DNA of 64,000 nucleotides from Deltaproteobacteria bacterium (GCA_016186945.1 JACPKR010000008.1:3950-67949); one strand, 5' to 3'. Shown: positions 28,298-37,239, counted from the first letter of the stretch. Numbers and translations are program-made. The notes: generated by a model from the sequence alone, not told the origin.

Positions 28298-28966
28298 ATG
28301 AAAATCGGAATACTTGGAACAGGCCAGGTGGCACAGGGCATAGCTGCAAAGCTTTCCGAACGCGGCCATCAAATCAAGGTGGGTTCACGCACAGGTGAGC
28401 ACACGAAAGGTAAGGAATGGGTGGAAAACCTGGAGAACGCCTCGCTTGCATCGTATGAAAAGGCCACACGTTTTGGAGAGATGATTTTCAACTGCGTCGC
28501 GGGTGTGGGTGTCTTAGATGCTCTCAAACTGGCGGGCAAAGACAATTTCGAGAATAAAATTCTTGTCGACGTTAGTAACCCACTTGATTTTTCAAAGGGC
28601 ATGCCTCCGTCACTGTTTGTTGGGAGTGACGACTCTCTCGCTGAGCAAATACAACGCGCTCTGCCTTCCGCAAAGGTCGTGAAAGTCTTGAATACGTTGA
28701 ATGTCGAGCTTATGGTCAATCCTTCGTCGTTGCCAGGAGAGCACAACTTGTTTATGGCTGGAGATAACGAGGACGCAAAAAAAGAAGTCTGCAGACTTCT
28801 CACGAAAGACTTCGGGTGGCCTGATAAAGCGATTCTCGACCTAGGAGACATTTCCGCAGCTCGCGGGACAGAAGCCGCAGTCTTGTTGTGGGTAAGACTT
28901 TGGACGAAATTTCAAAACCACAAATTCAACTTCCACATCGTCGTCGATCCCAAAACAAAACGGTAG
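28298..28966 (+). CDS. NADP oxidoreductase, coenzyme F420-dependent-type (NADPH-dependent F420 reductase / P5CR-like Rossmann family)
   Basis: Start moved to ATG 28298 (RBS AAAGGAG). MKIGILGTGQVAQGIA Rossmann motif. The upstream part of the ORF is F1 repeat. Confidence 0.7.
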   Translation: MKIGILGTGQVAQGIAAKLSERGHQIKVGSRTGEHTKGKEWVENLENASLASYEKATRFGEMIFNCVAGVGVLDALKLAGKDNFENKILVDVSNPLDFSKGMPPSLFVGSDDSLAEQIQRALPSAKVVKVLNTLNVELMVNPSSLPGEHNLFMAGDNEDAKKEVCRLLTKDFGWPDKAILDLGDISAARGTEAAVLLWVRLWTKFQNHKFNFHIVVDPKTKR

Positions 28967-28989
28967 GACAATAGCAAGGAGATAATGCG

Positions 28990-30633
28990 ATGATAAGTAG
29001 GATTACGGCCTTCTCTCTGGCATTGCTGTTGCCATTGTCATGCAAGGAGCGGGAAAGCACTCCGGTTGAGTTAAAGATAGAACCTGTTGAAAAACAAACA
29101 GTCGAAGTGGCCCGGGGAAAAATTGGCGGCCTCGCCCTAGTAGACGCGAATAGCCTGACAGTACCGAAGCTCCAAGTCAGTAAAGTGCAGGTTTGCGACA
29201 GCGAAGCTATGAAGATCATGATCACCGGACATGACCCTCGAACCGATGCCTTTCAGTTCGTTTTATGCAATTCCTCGGATCCCACGCAATGCAGCCCTAG
29301 CGAGAGTGAAAGTGTGACTTTCGCCGAAACGGAGTTAACGTTTCCCAATACAAGTCAGGGCGACATTCCCCTTGTTCGCATTCGCCCATGTGTACGTTCC
29401 TACAATGCACAAGACCCAGCTTCACTTTGCACTCCCAATTGGGATGAAGCAAAACTTGAGATGGCAATCGCCAAGGGAGGAAATGGCGCCCAGGACCTTC
29501 TGGCAGTTTTTCAGGGGGAACAGAAAATCACGAAACTATGCTGGCAACTGCGAGACAGCATTGTGACTTACCTGGCCAATGCAGACGACACCGAAAAGGG
29601 AGATCTCAGGACTCTGCTCGATAGTAATGTTGCCATAGGAGTTGATCTTTGCCGCGTCTTGATAGCGAATTACTATCTTAACATTGCCGAAGATGAACTG
29701 GCTCTTGAAGAGCAGCCAGGGAGTCGTCGATCGACGACATTCACATCGGACAGCAAGGAGGAAGAAGATGAAGATAAGGAGAAAACTCAAAAAAAATGGC
29801 TTCTTACGGGCGTTATTGGACTTCTTACTTTGGGATCGATTGCAGCGACTGTGACAGCTGTCGGATTTACTCAAAAACGGATCAACTCAATGCAGGCGGA
29901 ATTGAAAACCCTCCCGTCCGACCCTGTAAGGATGGCCACTCTAAAGGAGGAAATCGCTAAGTTGGAGGGATTGAAGGGGACAGAAACTGTCGACGATAAG
30001 ATCCGATCTCTTGAAAGTCTCCTTGGTGGCAAGACCCCGGAACAGAAAATAGTGGAAATCAAAACAATGCTGGGCCCAGCGACGGAAAAGAGAGTGGGCC
30101 TATTTAACGAATTGAAGGAAAAGATAAAGGGTTCGGTAGACGGCACTTTCAGGCTAACTTATGGGCAAGTAAGAAAGCTAGGATATGGCCCAGAACTGAT
30201 CGCAAAGTGGGCCGGTGTAACGGAGGATGTGGCTGGAACGACCCTTCGAGATAAACCCAACACTGTCATAAATAGAGATTTTAGGCCCGACGATATGAGA
30301 ACGCCCTCAACGACGGAAATGAAATATAATAACCGGATAGAAGCTTTTAAAAAATTTCCCGAGCTGCAGCAACTCATGAAGGCTGATACCGCTAGGGCGA
30401 CAACGTCCAAAAAAATTCAACAATTTGAAACTGCTAAAAAAGCAGGGGTGGCAGGAGGAGTCGGCTTGCTTGCTGCAGGTGTAATCATTGGGGCCTTTGT
30501 TCAGAGTTATGGTCTGGCCGGATCGGCTCAAGAAGCTTTCATCAATGAACTTCAAGCGATCCGGCAAGAAATTGAGACGGTCCAAGGTGAAATTGCAGCC
30601 GCTAACTTACGCCTGGAAAGCTGTAGTGAGTAA
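28990..30633 (+). CDS. probable lipoprotein with 4-Cys N-terminal domain, two TM helices and C-terminal coiled coil (paralog family member 2)
   Basis: 547 aa. Signal peptide ending LPLSC. TMs WLLTGVIGLLTLGSIAATVTAVGF and GVAGGVGLLAAGVIIGAFV. C-terminal LAGS + heptad region as in 25960-28137. Confidence 0.6.
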   Translation: MISRITAFSLALLLPLSCKERESTPVELKIEPVEKQTVEVARGKIGGLALVDANSLTVPKLQVSKVQVCDSEAMKIMITGHDPRTDAFQFVLCNSSDPTQCSPSESESVTFAETELTFPNTSQGDIPLVRIRPCVRSYNAQDPASLCTPNWDEAKLEMAIAKGGNGAQDLLAVFQGEQKITKLCWQLRDSIVTYLANADDTEKGDLRTLLDSNVAIGVDLCRVLIANYYLNIAEDELALEEQPGSRRSTTFTSDSKEEEDEDKEKTQKKWLLTGVIGLLTLGSIAATVTAVGFTQKRINSMQAELKTLPSDPVRMATLKEEIAKLEGLKGTETVDDKIRSLESLLGGKTPEQKIVEIKTMLGPATEKRVGLFNELKEKIKGSVDGTFRLTYGQVRKLGYGPELIAKWAGVTEDVAGTTLRDKPNTVINRDFRPDDMRTPSTTEMKYNNRIEAFKKFPELQQLMKADTARATTSKKIQQFETAKKAGVAGGVGLLAAGVIIGAFVQSYGLAGSAQEAFINELQAIRQEIETVQGEIAAANLRLESCSE

Positions 30634-30665
30634 GCTCCAGGAGGTGGAGGTAATGGGTAAACTTT

Positions 30666-30783
30666 GGGCAAGGAGGTGGTTTGGAGGAAACTGCGCAGCT
30701 GGTTCCTCCAAGAAATGCTTTGGGGGAGCGACGGTTCCCTCGCCCCCCCAAACCCCCCTCTCCCTATTTGCCCCAAGTGGCTA
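30666..30783 (+). repeat. F1 element, long form (A + B + right TIR)
   Basis: GGGCAAGGAGGTGGTTTGGAGGAAACTGCGCAGCTGGTTCCTCCAAGAAATGCTTTGGGGGAGCGACGGTTCCCTCGCCCCCCCAAACCCCCCTCTCCCTATTTGCCCCAAGTGGCTA. Its last 3 nt are the stop codon of 30781-31734. Confidence 0.9.
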
Positions 30784-31734
30784 ATCCTTGTCCTTGTCTT
30801 TCATGGAATTCTTAACTGTTTCTCCGAGATTATCCATTTGAGAGTTGATAACCTCTTGTTTGACTTCCTGTTGTTTCATCATGACGGGGTTGGAGCGTTC
30901 TTTGGTAAGTTGGCTGATCTGCTCAACCGTCATGTTTTCCATTGTTTTCGCTTCTTTGATGAAAGTTGATTCTTCTATCATTTTGCGCGTCTGTGCCAAT
31001 GCGGCGGCATCGGGGGCAGGAGCGTTTGAACCTTCGGGCGACATGAAGCCTGTCATTTTTTCTATCATTTTGACGGTGTTTTCAATATTTCCCGTCGCTT
31101 TTGAATAGTTTTCAATTGCTTTGCGTCGGTCAGGGCTGACACTTTCGGGTTTAAAGGTTTTCCAGTGTTCGATCAGTTCTTTTTGGCCTTCCTGTGACTG
31201 AAAGTAAACTTCGCGATCAGCGGCTTCTGACACGATGGGTTTGTCGTAGATTTCCCGAAGCTGCGCAAGTTCCTCTTCGGAAAATTTCTCATTCATCAGC
31301 TGTTTATAGTTTTCCATCATTTTTTCGCCACTCACGGCGTTGCGAAGTTTCTCAATTTCTTCCTGTTCTGCCACACTAAGATCTTGTGCTGACAAAAGCT
31401 GGTCGAACTGTATGTCAAGGAGTTCATCCATCGCTTTGAATTCGTCGAAAATTCGTGAAGCGTGAACCACTTTTTCAAGCTTTTCTTTTTTTGATGCTGA
31501 AACGGTGGATGTCGCTTTGGCAAGGGCTGAGCTGTCAATTATTTTAGGCGCGGAGAGGTCTGGCTCGGTGTCCATGTTTCCACTGGAACCCATCGGTTCA
31601 TCCATCTGGTAAGCAGGCTCGACAACAGCCGATTCCTGACTGTCTTCCAAAACGCTGCTTCTGGGCCACATCACAATTAAGAGAGTAACGGCAACAAGGC
31701 CGACAGCGAGGCCAACAAGGTACATTTTCTTCAT
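30781..31734 (-). CDS. membrane-anchored helical protein, hypothetical
   Basis: 317 aa. N-terminal TM anchor LVGLAVGLVAVTLLIVMW. Lys/Glu-rich helical remainder. Confidence 0.5.
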   Translation of the reverse strand: MKKMYLVGLAVGLVAVTLLIVMWPRSSVLEDSQESAVVEPAYQMDEPMGSSGNMDTEPDLSAPKIIDSSALAKATSTVSASKKEKLEKVVHASRIFDEFKAMDELLDIQFDQLLSAQDLSVAEQEEIEKLRNAVSGEKMMENYKQLMNEKFSEEELAQLREIYDKPIVSEAADREVYFQSQEGQKELIEHWKTFKPESVSPDRRKAIENYSKATGNIENTVKMIEKMTGFMSPEGSNAPAPDAAALAQTRKMIEESTFIKEAKTMENMTVEQISQLTKERSNPVMMKQQEVKQEVINSQMDNLGETVKNSMKDKDKD

Positions 31735-31862
31735 AGGGGTTCCTCAATACAGAATCAAAAGTCTGGTTAAAAAAGAAATTAAGGGTTAGAAACGCACTTT
31801 TAACATAAATTTTTGCAAAAACCAAAAATTTTTACCAGTTTTTATATCATTGAGGGGTTCGC

Positions 31863-32669
31863 GTGAACAAGTTTCTATTATCACTGGCTTTACTTGCCCC
31901 CCAAGGGACTAAGGCAGACTCTTGTCCCCTTCCCCATTCTTCGGGAACAGTCCGATTCGCTGGGGGGACGGCCCACATCCCGCTTATTGAGGAACTGGGT
32001 CAGGGGCTACGGAAGAAATGCCCAGGGTTACGGTTCTTGTTGGCAGGTGGGGGTTCAGGCGTGGGCGTCCAGAAACTGAGCGCAGGTCTGGTGGATATTG
32101 CCAACACAGGGCGTCCCCTTTCGGATGCAGAGAGAAAGAAGGGCGGACTGAAATCCTATCCTCTTGCTTCAGACGCCATGGTCATGATTGTTCACCCCTC
32201 TAATGCTATTTCGGACATCTCCCTTTCGGAATTGCAAACGATGTTTGCAGCGGAGCCTCCCCGCTGGCCCACAAATACAAATCCAACCCACATCTTCGTC
32301 CGCGATGAAGCAAGCGGGACACAGGAGGTCTTCATGCAACTCGTAATGAGAGGCAAGAAAATCTCCCGCCAAGCGCACTATACGAGTTCCCATGGGGCGA
32401 TGAAACTGGCGGTAAGTCGCGATCCGCAAGCGATCGGGTTTCTCAGTTTCGCCTACGTCGATGAGCAGGTCAAAGCCCTGTCGATCGGGGGAACAGCACC
32501 CACGCGGCAAAACATGGTCAATGGACTCTACCCCCTTATGAGGACTCTTTTTGTCAATGTGAAGGAAACACCCTCACCTTTGGCGAGCGATGTCATTTCT
32601 TTTTTGCTTGGACCAGAGACAAAGGCTTTGCTTGAAAAACATGGTTTCCTTCCTCCACCTCTTGGTTAA
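31863..32669 (+). CDS. PstS-family periplasmic substrate-binding protein
   Basis: 268 aa. GGGSGVGVQKLSAGLVDIANTGRPLSDAE matches the PstS/PBP-like-2 signature region. GTG start. Confidence 0.65.
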   Translation: MNKFLLSLALLAPQGTKADSCPLPHSSGTVRFAGGTAHIPLIEELGQGLRKKCPGLRFLLAGGGSGVGVQKLSAGLVDIANTGRPLSDAERKKGGLKSYPLASDAMVMIVHPSNAISDISLSELQTMFAAEPPRWPTNTNPTHIFVRDEASGTQEVFMQLVMRGKKISRQAHYTSSHGAMKLAVSRDPQAIGFLSFAYVDEQVKALSIGGTAPTRQNMVNGLYPLMRTLFVNVKETPSPLASDVISFLLGPETKALLEKHGFLPPPLG

Positions 32670-32672
32670 CAG

Positions 32673-33422
32673 ATGCTCGCAGCGAAACATTGGCAGCAAT
32701 TCCTGAACTTGAACTGGGATCCAAGCTCTCAAGATTTTGGAATTCTATCGTTCGCTCTTAATTCTCTTTTTCTAGCGTTCCTTGCAACTTTGCTCTCAAC
32801 TTTGTGGGTTCTTGTGTTATCCGTTTTCTTGTTTGGGGTGGAGGACAACATGTTTCATCGTCCCCTTCGCATGTCATTGCGGATCATGCTTGCTGTTCCT
32901 ACGATCGTCTATGCGCTGATGGGGGCGTTGTATCTTGTCCCAGCCGTCAGAGGTTTCACAGGAGCAAGCGGCTATTCCTTTTTAGCTGTCACCTTGACTT
33001 TGAGTGTGATGCTGGTGCCTTTTCTCATGAAGCAGTGTGAGGGGCTGTTTCAGGCAGCATTGCTTCATCAGAATTCAGCTGCCTCTAACAGTGGGTTCTC
33101 TGTGCTCCAAACGTTCCTTTGGGTTATATTTCCCCAATGCAGGACTGGATTTTTAGCACTAGTTTTCCTCGGGTTCTGTCGATCCTTGGGGGACACCATG
33201 ATTGCGTTGATCGTATCTGGAAACACACCGGTTCTAGTCGAGGGATGGCTATCTCCCTTTCGCAACCTGACTGCTCATATTGCCCTAATGGCTCCTACAG
33301 ATGCCTATTCCTTAATGTATGCCTCATCGTTTGTCAGTCTGGGGCTTTTACTGGCGTTTTCTGTCACCATAAGCAGCGTCGCATACGTCCTGATTTTTAA
33401 AAACAAAAGATGGTTATGGTAA
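32673..33422 (+). CDS. PstC-like ABC transporter permease
   Basis: 249 aa, multi-TM. CRSLGDTMIALIVSGN resembles the PstC/PstA conserved loop. Confidence 0.6.
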   Translation: MLAAKHWQQFLNLNWDPSSQDFGILSFALNSLFLAFLATLLSTLWVLVLSVFLFGVEDNMFHRPLRMSLRIMLAVPTIVYALMGALYLVPAVRGFTGASGYSFLAVTLTLSVMLVPFLMKQCEGLFQAALLHQNSAASNSGFSVLQTFLWVIFPQCRTGFLALVFLGFCRSLGDTMIALIVSGNTPVLVEGWLSPFRNLTAHIALMAPTDAYSLMYASSFVSLGLLLAFSVTISSVAYVLIFKNKRWLW

Positions 33423-33425
33423 GCG
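33407..33425 (+). repeat. 19-bp direct repeat, left copy (contains pstC-like stop)
   Basis: AAGATGGTTATGGTAAGCG, identical to 34219-34237. Confidence 0.95.
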
Positions 33426-33515
33426 AAAGGGCCGAGTTATTGACCCGACCCTTTGGAAAGCTAGCTATGTAGAAATCGGCTGGAAAACCGTGTCAACCTC
33501 AAGCAATTGGCTCGA

Positions 33516-34028
33516 TTAGAGAGTCCCATCTCCACCAACCAATTTTTCGCCAAGATCCTGAGGTACAGCATTGTTCCAAGCATCAGTGATGAGGCGATGG
33601 AAAGCAGCTGTCGTAAGAACGGATGCAAAATGACCTGATTCCCTCAATGCAGGACCAAAACCAAAGGGGATATGCGTAACTGCACTTTGGACGACTGGAA
33701 TTGATGACATTCCGTAGGCAGCAACGACCGAAAAGCCTCGAGCTGCCGCTTTACGGAGACCATCCTGATTCGTTAACCATCCAAGACCATAGACACCACC
33801 AAGGAGCGAAAACACAGCACGAACGGCAGGCGGCGTTTGCATGTAGCGCATAGCACCTTCGCCAGCTGCTACCATCAGCCCAGCACCGAGCAACTTAATC
33901 AACGCACTGCTTCCTTCATCCTGTCTCTCAACCCGGTTTGACTCTGTTCGGCCACCCTGAGCAGCCATGGCTCCAGAACCAAGACCAAACGCAAGAAGGA
34001 CGGCGCAAGATTTTTTCAACATTAACAT
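33516..34028 (-). CDS. Gly/Ala-rich secreted or membrane protein, hypothetical (carried on the insertion splitting the pst-like operon)
   Basis: Start at ATG 34028 (RBS AGGAGA). 170 aa. Signal peptide MLMLKKSCAVLLAFGLGSGAMA. Confidence 0.45.
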   Translation of the reverse strand: MLMLKKSCAVLLAFGLGSGAMAAQGGRTESNRVERQDEGSSALIKLLGAGLMVAAGEGAMRYMQTPPAVRAVFSLLGGVYGLGWLTNQDGLRKAAARGFSVVAAYGMSSIPVVQSAVTHIPFGFGPALRESGHFASVLTTAAFHRLITDAWNNAVPQDLGEKLVGGDGTL

Positions 34029-34218
34029 TTTGTCTCCTGATAAAAGTAAAAAAATTGTTGCGAACGTGTGCAAAACACACCCTCCAATTTGTTTCCTTAT
34101 AGGTTCGCCGAATAAAAAAGCAATGAAATTGGTTTGAATTTGGGGGCGATATTCTATTGTATCACCCTAGAAATCTGGTTATGGTAAGCATTCTCAGTTC
34201 GTCGAGCAAACAAACATT

Positions 34219-34237
34219 AAGATGGTTATGGTAAGCG
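34219..34237 (+). repeat. 19-bp direct repeat, right copy (contains pstA-like start)
   Basis: AAGATGGTTATGGTAAGCG. A third degenerate copy TGGTTATGGTAAGC lies at 34176-34189. Confidence 0.95.
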
Positions 34238-35058
34238 TTGTTGAAATTTCGTCGAAAGTATTGGGTTGGCTGGGGGCCTTTCTTTTTCTGCTCCTCAGTG
34301 GCGCTTTTTTAGGCCTTCTGATGTCTCGCGGATTTTTGTGGTTCCTTGCCTCTTATTCCACCGAGACTGCCTTTGAAATCATGATCGCTGCTTTGGGTAC
34401 CTTATTCGTCACGGTGCTATCCGTATTTATTGCCGCGCCTCTTGGGATGATCGTGGGGATTGTTAAAGCTCAGAGACTGCTCCCCCGTTTTGGCCATTTC
34501 CTCGACGTTTTCATAGACAGCTTGGCGAGTCTGCCCTCCATCGCCGTTGGCTTTCTAGGATATTGGGCCATCTTGCAAATGCGAACTTACTTCGACTGGA
34601 ATCTCTTCCCTGGTCTGCTACCTGCCGCATCATGTTTGGCAATCCTCAACTTGCCGATCATTGTGCGAACGACAGAATCGGCCATAATCCAAATCCCGCG
34701 CGATTTGCAAGTTACGGGAGCTTCGCTCGGGTTCACTCCCTTGCAGAATATTTTCTACGTGCTGTTACCGCTTGCCAAGAAAGGGATCGGTGGCGGCTTA
34801 TCCCTTGCTTTCTCCCGAGCTGCGGAAGATACGGCGGTCGTGATGCTGACCGGAGCTGTCGTAGACGCGATCTTGCCAAGAAATCTGTGGGATGCTTTTC
34901 CCACCCTGTCTATGCAAATCTTCTTCGGCATTACCGATGCTCGCTCTGAAAATGACGAGGCCAAACTTTTCGTATGCACACTTGTTCTACTCGCCATGAC
35001 AACACTGTCCTCTCTCTTCGGCGAGCGCCTGCTTAGAAAGAGGGAACGTTCACCATGA
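34222..35058 (+). CDS. PstA-like ABC transporter permease
   Basis: 278 aa, multi-TM. SRAAEDTAVVMLTGA conserved-loop-like motif. Confidence 0.6.
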   Translation: MVMVSVVEISSKVLGWLGAFLFLLLSGAFLGLLMSRGFLWFLASYSTETAFEIMIAALGTLFVTVLSVFIAAPLGMIVGIVKAQRLLPRFGHFLDVFIDSLASLPSIAVGFLGYWAILQMRTYFDWNLFPGLLPAASCLAILNLPIIVRTTESAIIQIPRDLQVTGASLGFTPLQNIFYVLLPLAKKGIGGGLSLAFSRAAEDTAVVMLTGAVVDAILPRNLWDAFPTLSMQIFFGITDARSENDEAKLFVCTLVLLAMTTLSSLFGERLLRKRERSP

Positions 35059-35846
35059 CCGTCACAGCCCGGATCAAAGAACTGTCTCTGTCTTACGGCG
35101 AAAGCGTCGTTTTTGAGAAGATAAGTTTTTCCCTCCGAAAAGGCGAACTGACTTTCCTAAACGGACCGTCGGGTGCTGGAAAGACCTCCTTGCTGCAAGC
35201 ATTCAATCGAACCTTGCCCGCGCCCCCTGCTTGCCTGACAGGTGGTGTTGAATTTTTTCTGTCAGAAAGATGGGTGTCGTCTCACTCTCTCCCTCTGCCC
35301 TTGCTAAGAACCAAAGTCGCTCTGATCCTGCAAACTCCTCAACTTCTCCCGGGAAGCATCAGACGTAACGTGGAACTCCCTTTGAAAGTTGTGGGCAAAA
35401 TTGGAAAAAGTGAGCGAAACGAAAGGATAGAAGTCTCCTTGAAACGGACGGGTCTCTGGGAAACGGTAAAAGACAAGTTGAATCAACCGGCCTCGATTCT
35501 CTCGGGTGGGCAGAAGCAACGACTCTGTCTTGCGCGCGCCATCGCTATGAAGCCAGCATTCCTCCTCCTCGACGAACCCACGGCCTTTCTCGATCAGGCG
35601 TCTGCTGAGCAAATTCTAGTCCTCCTGCAAGAACTGAAGGACGAGTGCACGATTCTCGTTGTTTCTCATAAGGAAAAAGAAGCCGAAGTCTTTGCAGATA
35701 AAAAACTATTTCTGCTAGAGCTTCAAGAGACCTGCCCCCAAGGGATTTCTTGGAGGAACCAGCTGCGCAGTTTCCTCCAAACCACCTCCTTGCCAAAAAA
35801 CCTCCTTGCCACAATCCAAACCACCTCCTTGCCACTAGACCGGTAG
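35055..35846 (+). CDS. PstB-like ABC transporter ATPase with repeat-encoded C-terminus
   Basis: Walker A GPSGAGKTS, signature LSGGQKQRL, Walker B LLLDEPTAFLD, H-loop VSHK. Last 37 aa (PQGISWRNQLRSFLQTTSLP...) are encoded by F1 copy 35735-35835. Confidence 0.7.
   Translation: MTVTARIKELSLSYGESVVFEKISFSLRKGELTFLNGPSGAGKTSLLQAFNRTLPAPPACLTGGVEFFLSERWVSSHSLPLPLLRTKVALILQTPQLLPGSIRRNVELPLKVVGKIGKSERNERIEVSLKRTGLWETVKDKLNQPASILSGGQKQRLCLARAIAMKPAFLLLDEPTAFLDQASAEQILVLLQELKDECTILVVSHKEKEAEVFADKKLFLLELQETCPQGISWRNQLRSFLQTTSLPKNLLATIQTTSLPLDR
35735..35835 (-). repeat. F1 element, core A with triplicated CCTCCTTGCC terminal module
   Basis: CCCCCAAGGGATTTCTTGGAGGAACCAGCTGCGCAGTTTCCTCCAAACCACCTCCTTGCC-AAAAAACCTCCTTGCC-ACAATCCAAACCACCTCCTTGCCAC. 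Confidence 0.9.
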
Positions 35847-35927
35847 GCAATTTTGTTGTATGGAACTACAAAATACAAGCGTGTAAATTGTAGTCAGGCA
35901 TAAATTAGAGGAAAAGGTTTCCCAAGC

Positions 35928-37055
35928 ATGAAACAAAGGTATCTTTTTGAACCCATAGAAGATTTTCTCACCAAAAAAATGGTTTTTGTTGGAGGCCCCC
36001 GTCAGGTTGGAAAGACAACCTTATGCATTCAGTTCCTCAACCCTCCTCATTTGGACAATCGAGCGTACCTAAACTGGGACGATCTTGAGAGTAAGTCGAT
36101 GATCCGTAATGGCAATTTACCCCCCGACCCTCTTGTAGTCCTTGATGAAATTCATAAATACACTTCTTGGCGAAATCTGGTTAAAGGTTTTTACGACAAG
36201 AAAAAGGAGGTTCAGAAGTTTTTAATAACCGGGTCAGCGCGTTTGGACTATTACAGAAGAGGAGGAGATTCCTTGATGGGGCGTTACCGATACCTGCGTC
36301 TTCATCCATTTAGCCTTCCAGAATTGAAATTGGAAACTGTGAAGGACATGGAACCACTTATCAAATTTGGGGGATTTCCTGAGCCTTTATTTTCCCAAAA
36401 CGAAAGGGAATGGAAACTTTGGACCAGAGAACGCCTGTACAGGGTCGTGAATGATGATATTCGTGATTTGGAGGGCATTCGAGACTTCAACAAAATAGAG
36501 CTTCTTGCGGAACACCTTCCGGACCGTGTCGGTTCTCCCCTCTCCATTAACAATATTGCCAACGATCTAGCGGTCAATCATCGGACAGCGGAACATTGGA
36601 TCGGAATTTTAGAACGAGTTTATTACTGCTTTCGTATTCCTCCCTACGGGCCAAAGAAAATTAATGCTGTCAAGAAAGAGCAGAAGCTCTACCTCTGGGA
36701 TTGGAGTGTCATCTCCCCTGAGGGGGTAAGGTTTGAAAACCTGGTCGCAAGTCATCTTCTCAAATACTGTCATTTTCACGAAGACACGCAAGGGGACAAA
36801 ATGGAATTGCGTTTTCTTCGCGATGTCGAAAAGCGAGAGGTCGATTTTGTCGTTCTCAAAAACTCCAAACCGTTGTTTGCTGTTGAATGCAAGACGGGAG
36901 AGCGAGTTGTTTCCCCTCATCTCCGTTATTTCAGCGAGCGGACAACGATCCCTCTTTTTTTTCAAGTCCATCTTGGAAAAAAAGACTTCGCTCCCGACGC
37001 AAAAATCAGGGTCCTCCCTTTTCCTCGATTCTGCCAAGAATCCCTTCTTATATAG
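35928..37055 (+). CDS. AAA-type ATPase with DUF4143-like C-terminal region
   Basis: 375 aa. P-loop GGPRQVGKTT, Walker B VVLDEIH. C-terminal EVDFVV...AVECK restriction-endonuclease-like segment typical of this family. Confidence 0.6.
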   Translation: MKQRYLFEPIEDFLTKKMVFVGGPRQVGKTTLCIQFLNPPHLDNRAYLNWDDLESKSMIRNGNLPPDPLVVLDEIHKYTSWRNLVKGFYDKKKEVQKFLITGSARLDYYRRGGDSLMGRYRYLRLHPFSLPELKLETVKDMEPLIKFGGFPEPLFSQNEREWKLWTRERLYRVVNDDIRDLEGIRDFNKIELLAEHLPDRVGSPLSINNIANDLAVNHRTAEHWIGILERVYYCFRIPPYGPKKINAVKKEQKLYLWDWSVISPEGVRFENLVASHLLKYCHFHEDTQGDKMELRFLRDVEKREVDFVVLKNSKPLFAVECKTGERVVSPHLRYFSERTTIPLFFQVHLGKKDFAPDAKIRVLPFPRFCQESLLI

Positions 37056-37058
37056 AAG

Positions 37059-37165
37059 CTATAGTATTTGGGAAAAAGAATTTGTGGAGAGGACCTTTTT
37101 TGAAAAAAAGTTCCCCTCCACACCTCCCCCCAAAAAACTTCAAATCTGAAGTTTTTGAAAAGGGG
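37059..37165 (+). repeat. F2 composite palindromic element
   Basis: CTATAGTATTTGGGAAAAAGAATTT-GTGGAGAGGACC..GTTCCCCTCCAC-ACCT-CCCCCCAAAAAACTTCAAATCTGAAGTTTTTGAAAAGGGGG. Confidence 0.9.
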
Positions 37166-37239
37166 GTTGTCAGTCCTTTCCTCAGGCATTATCCTCCGAG
37201 CCAAGCTATTTCCGCCATTCCAGTCTAAGGACATAGATC

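Noticed and set aside
28132-28372. Short ORFs spanning F1 repeats (for example 28132-28341, 28145-28372, 11523-11930, 11580-11825, 30488-30784, 30664-30969, 48109-48312, 48150-48380, 62001-62222) that share peptides such as VVWRKLRSWFLQE or ARRWFGGNCAAGSSK
   Set aside because: The shared peptides are simply translations of the stop-free repeat core in different frames. Flanking parts are unrelated and lack start or RBS context.
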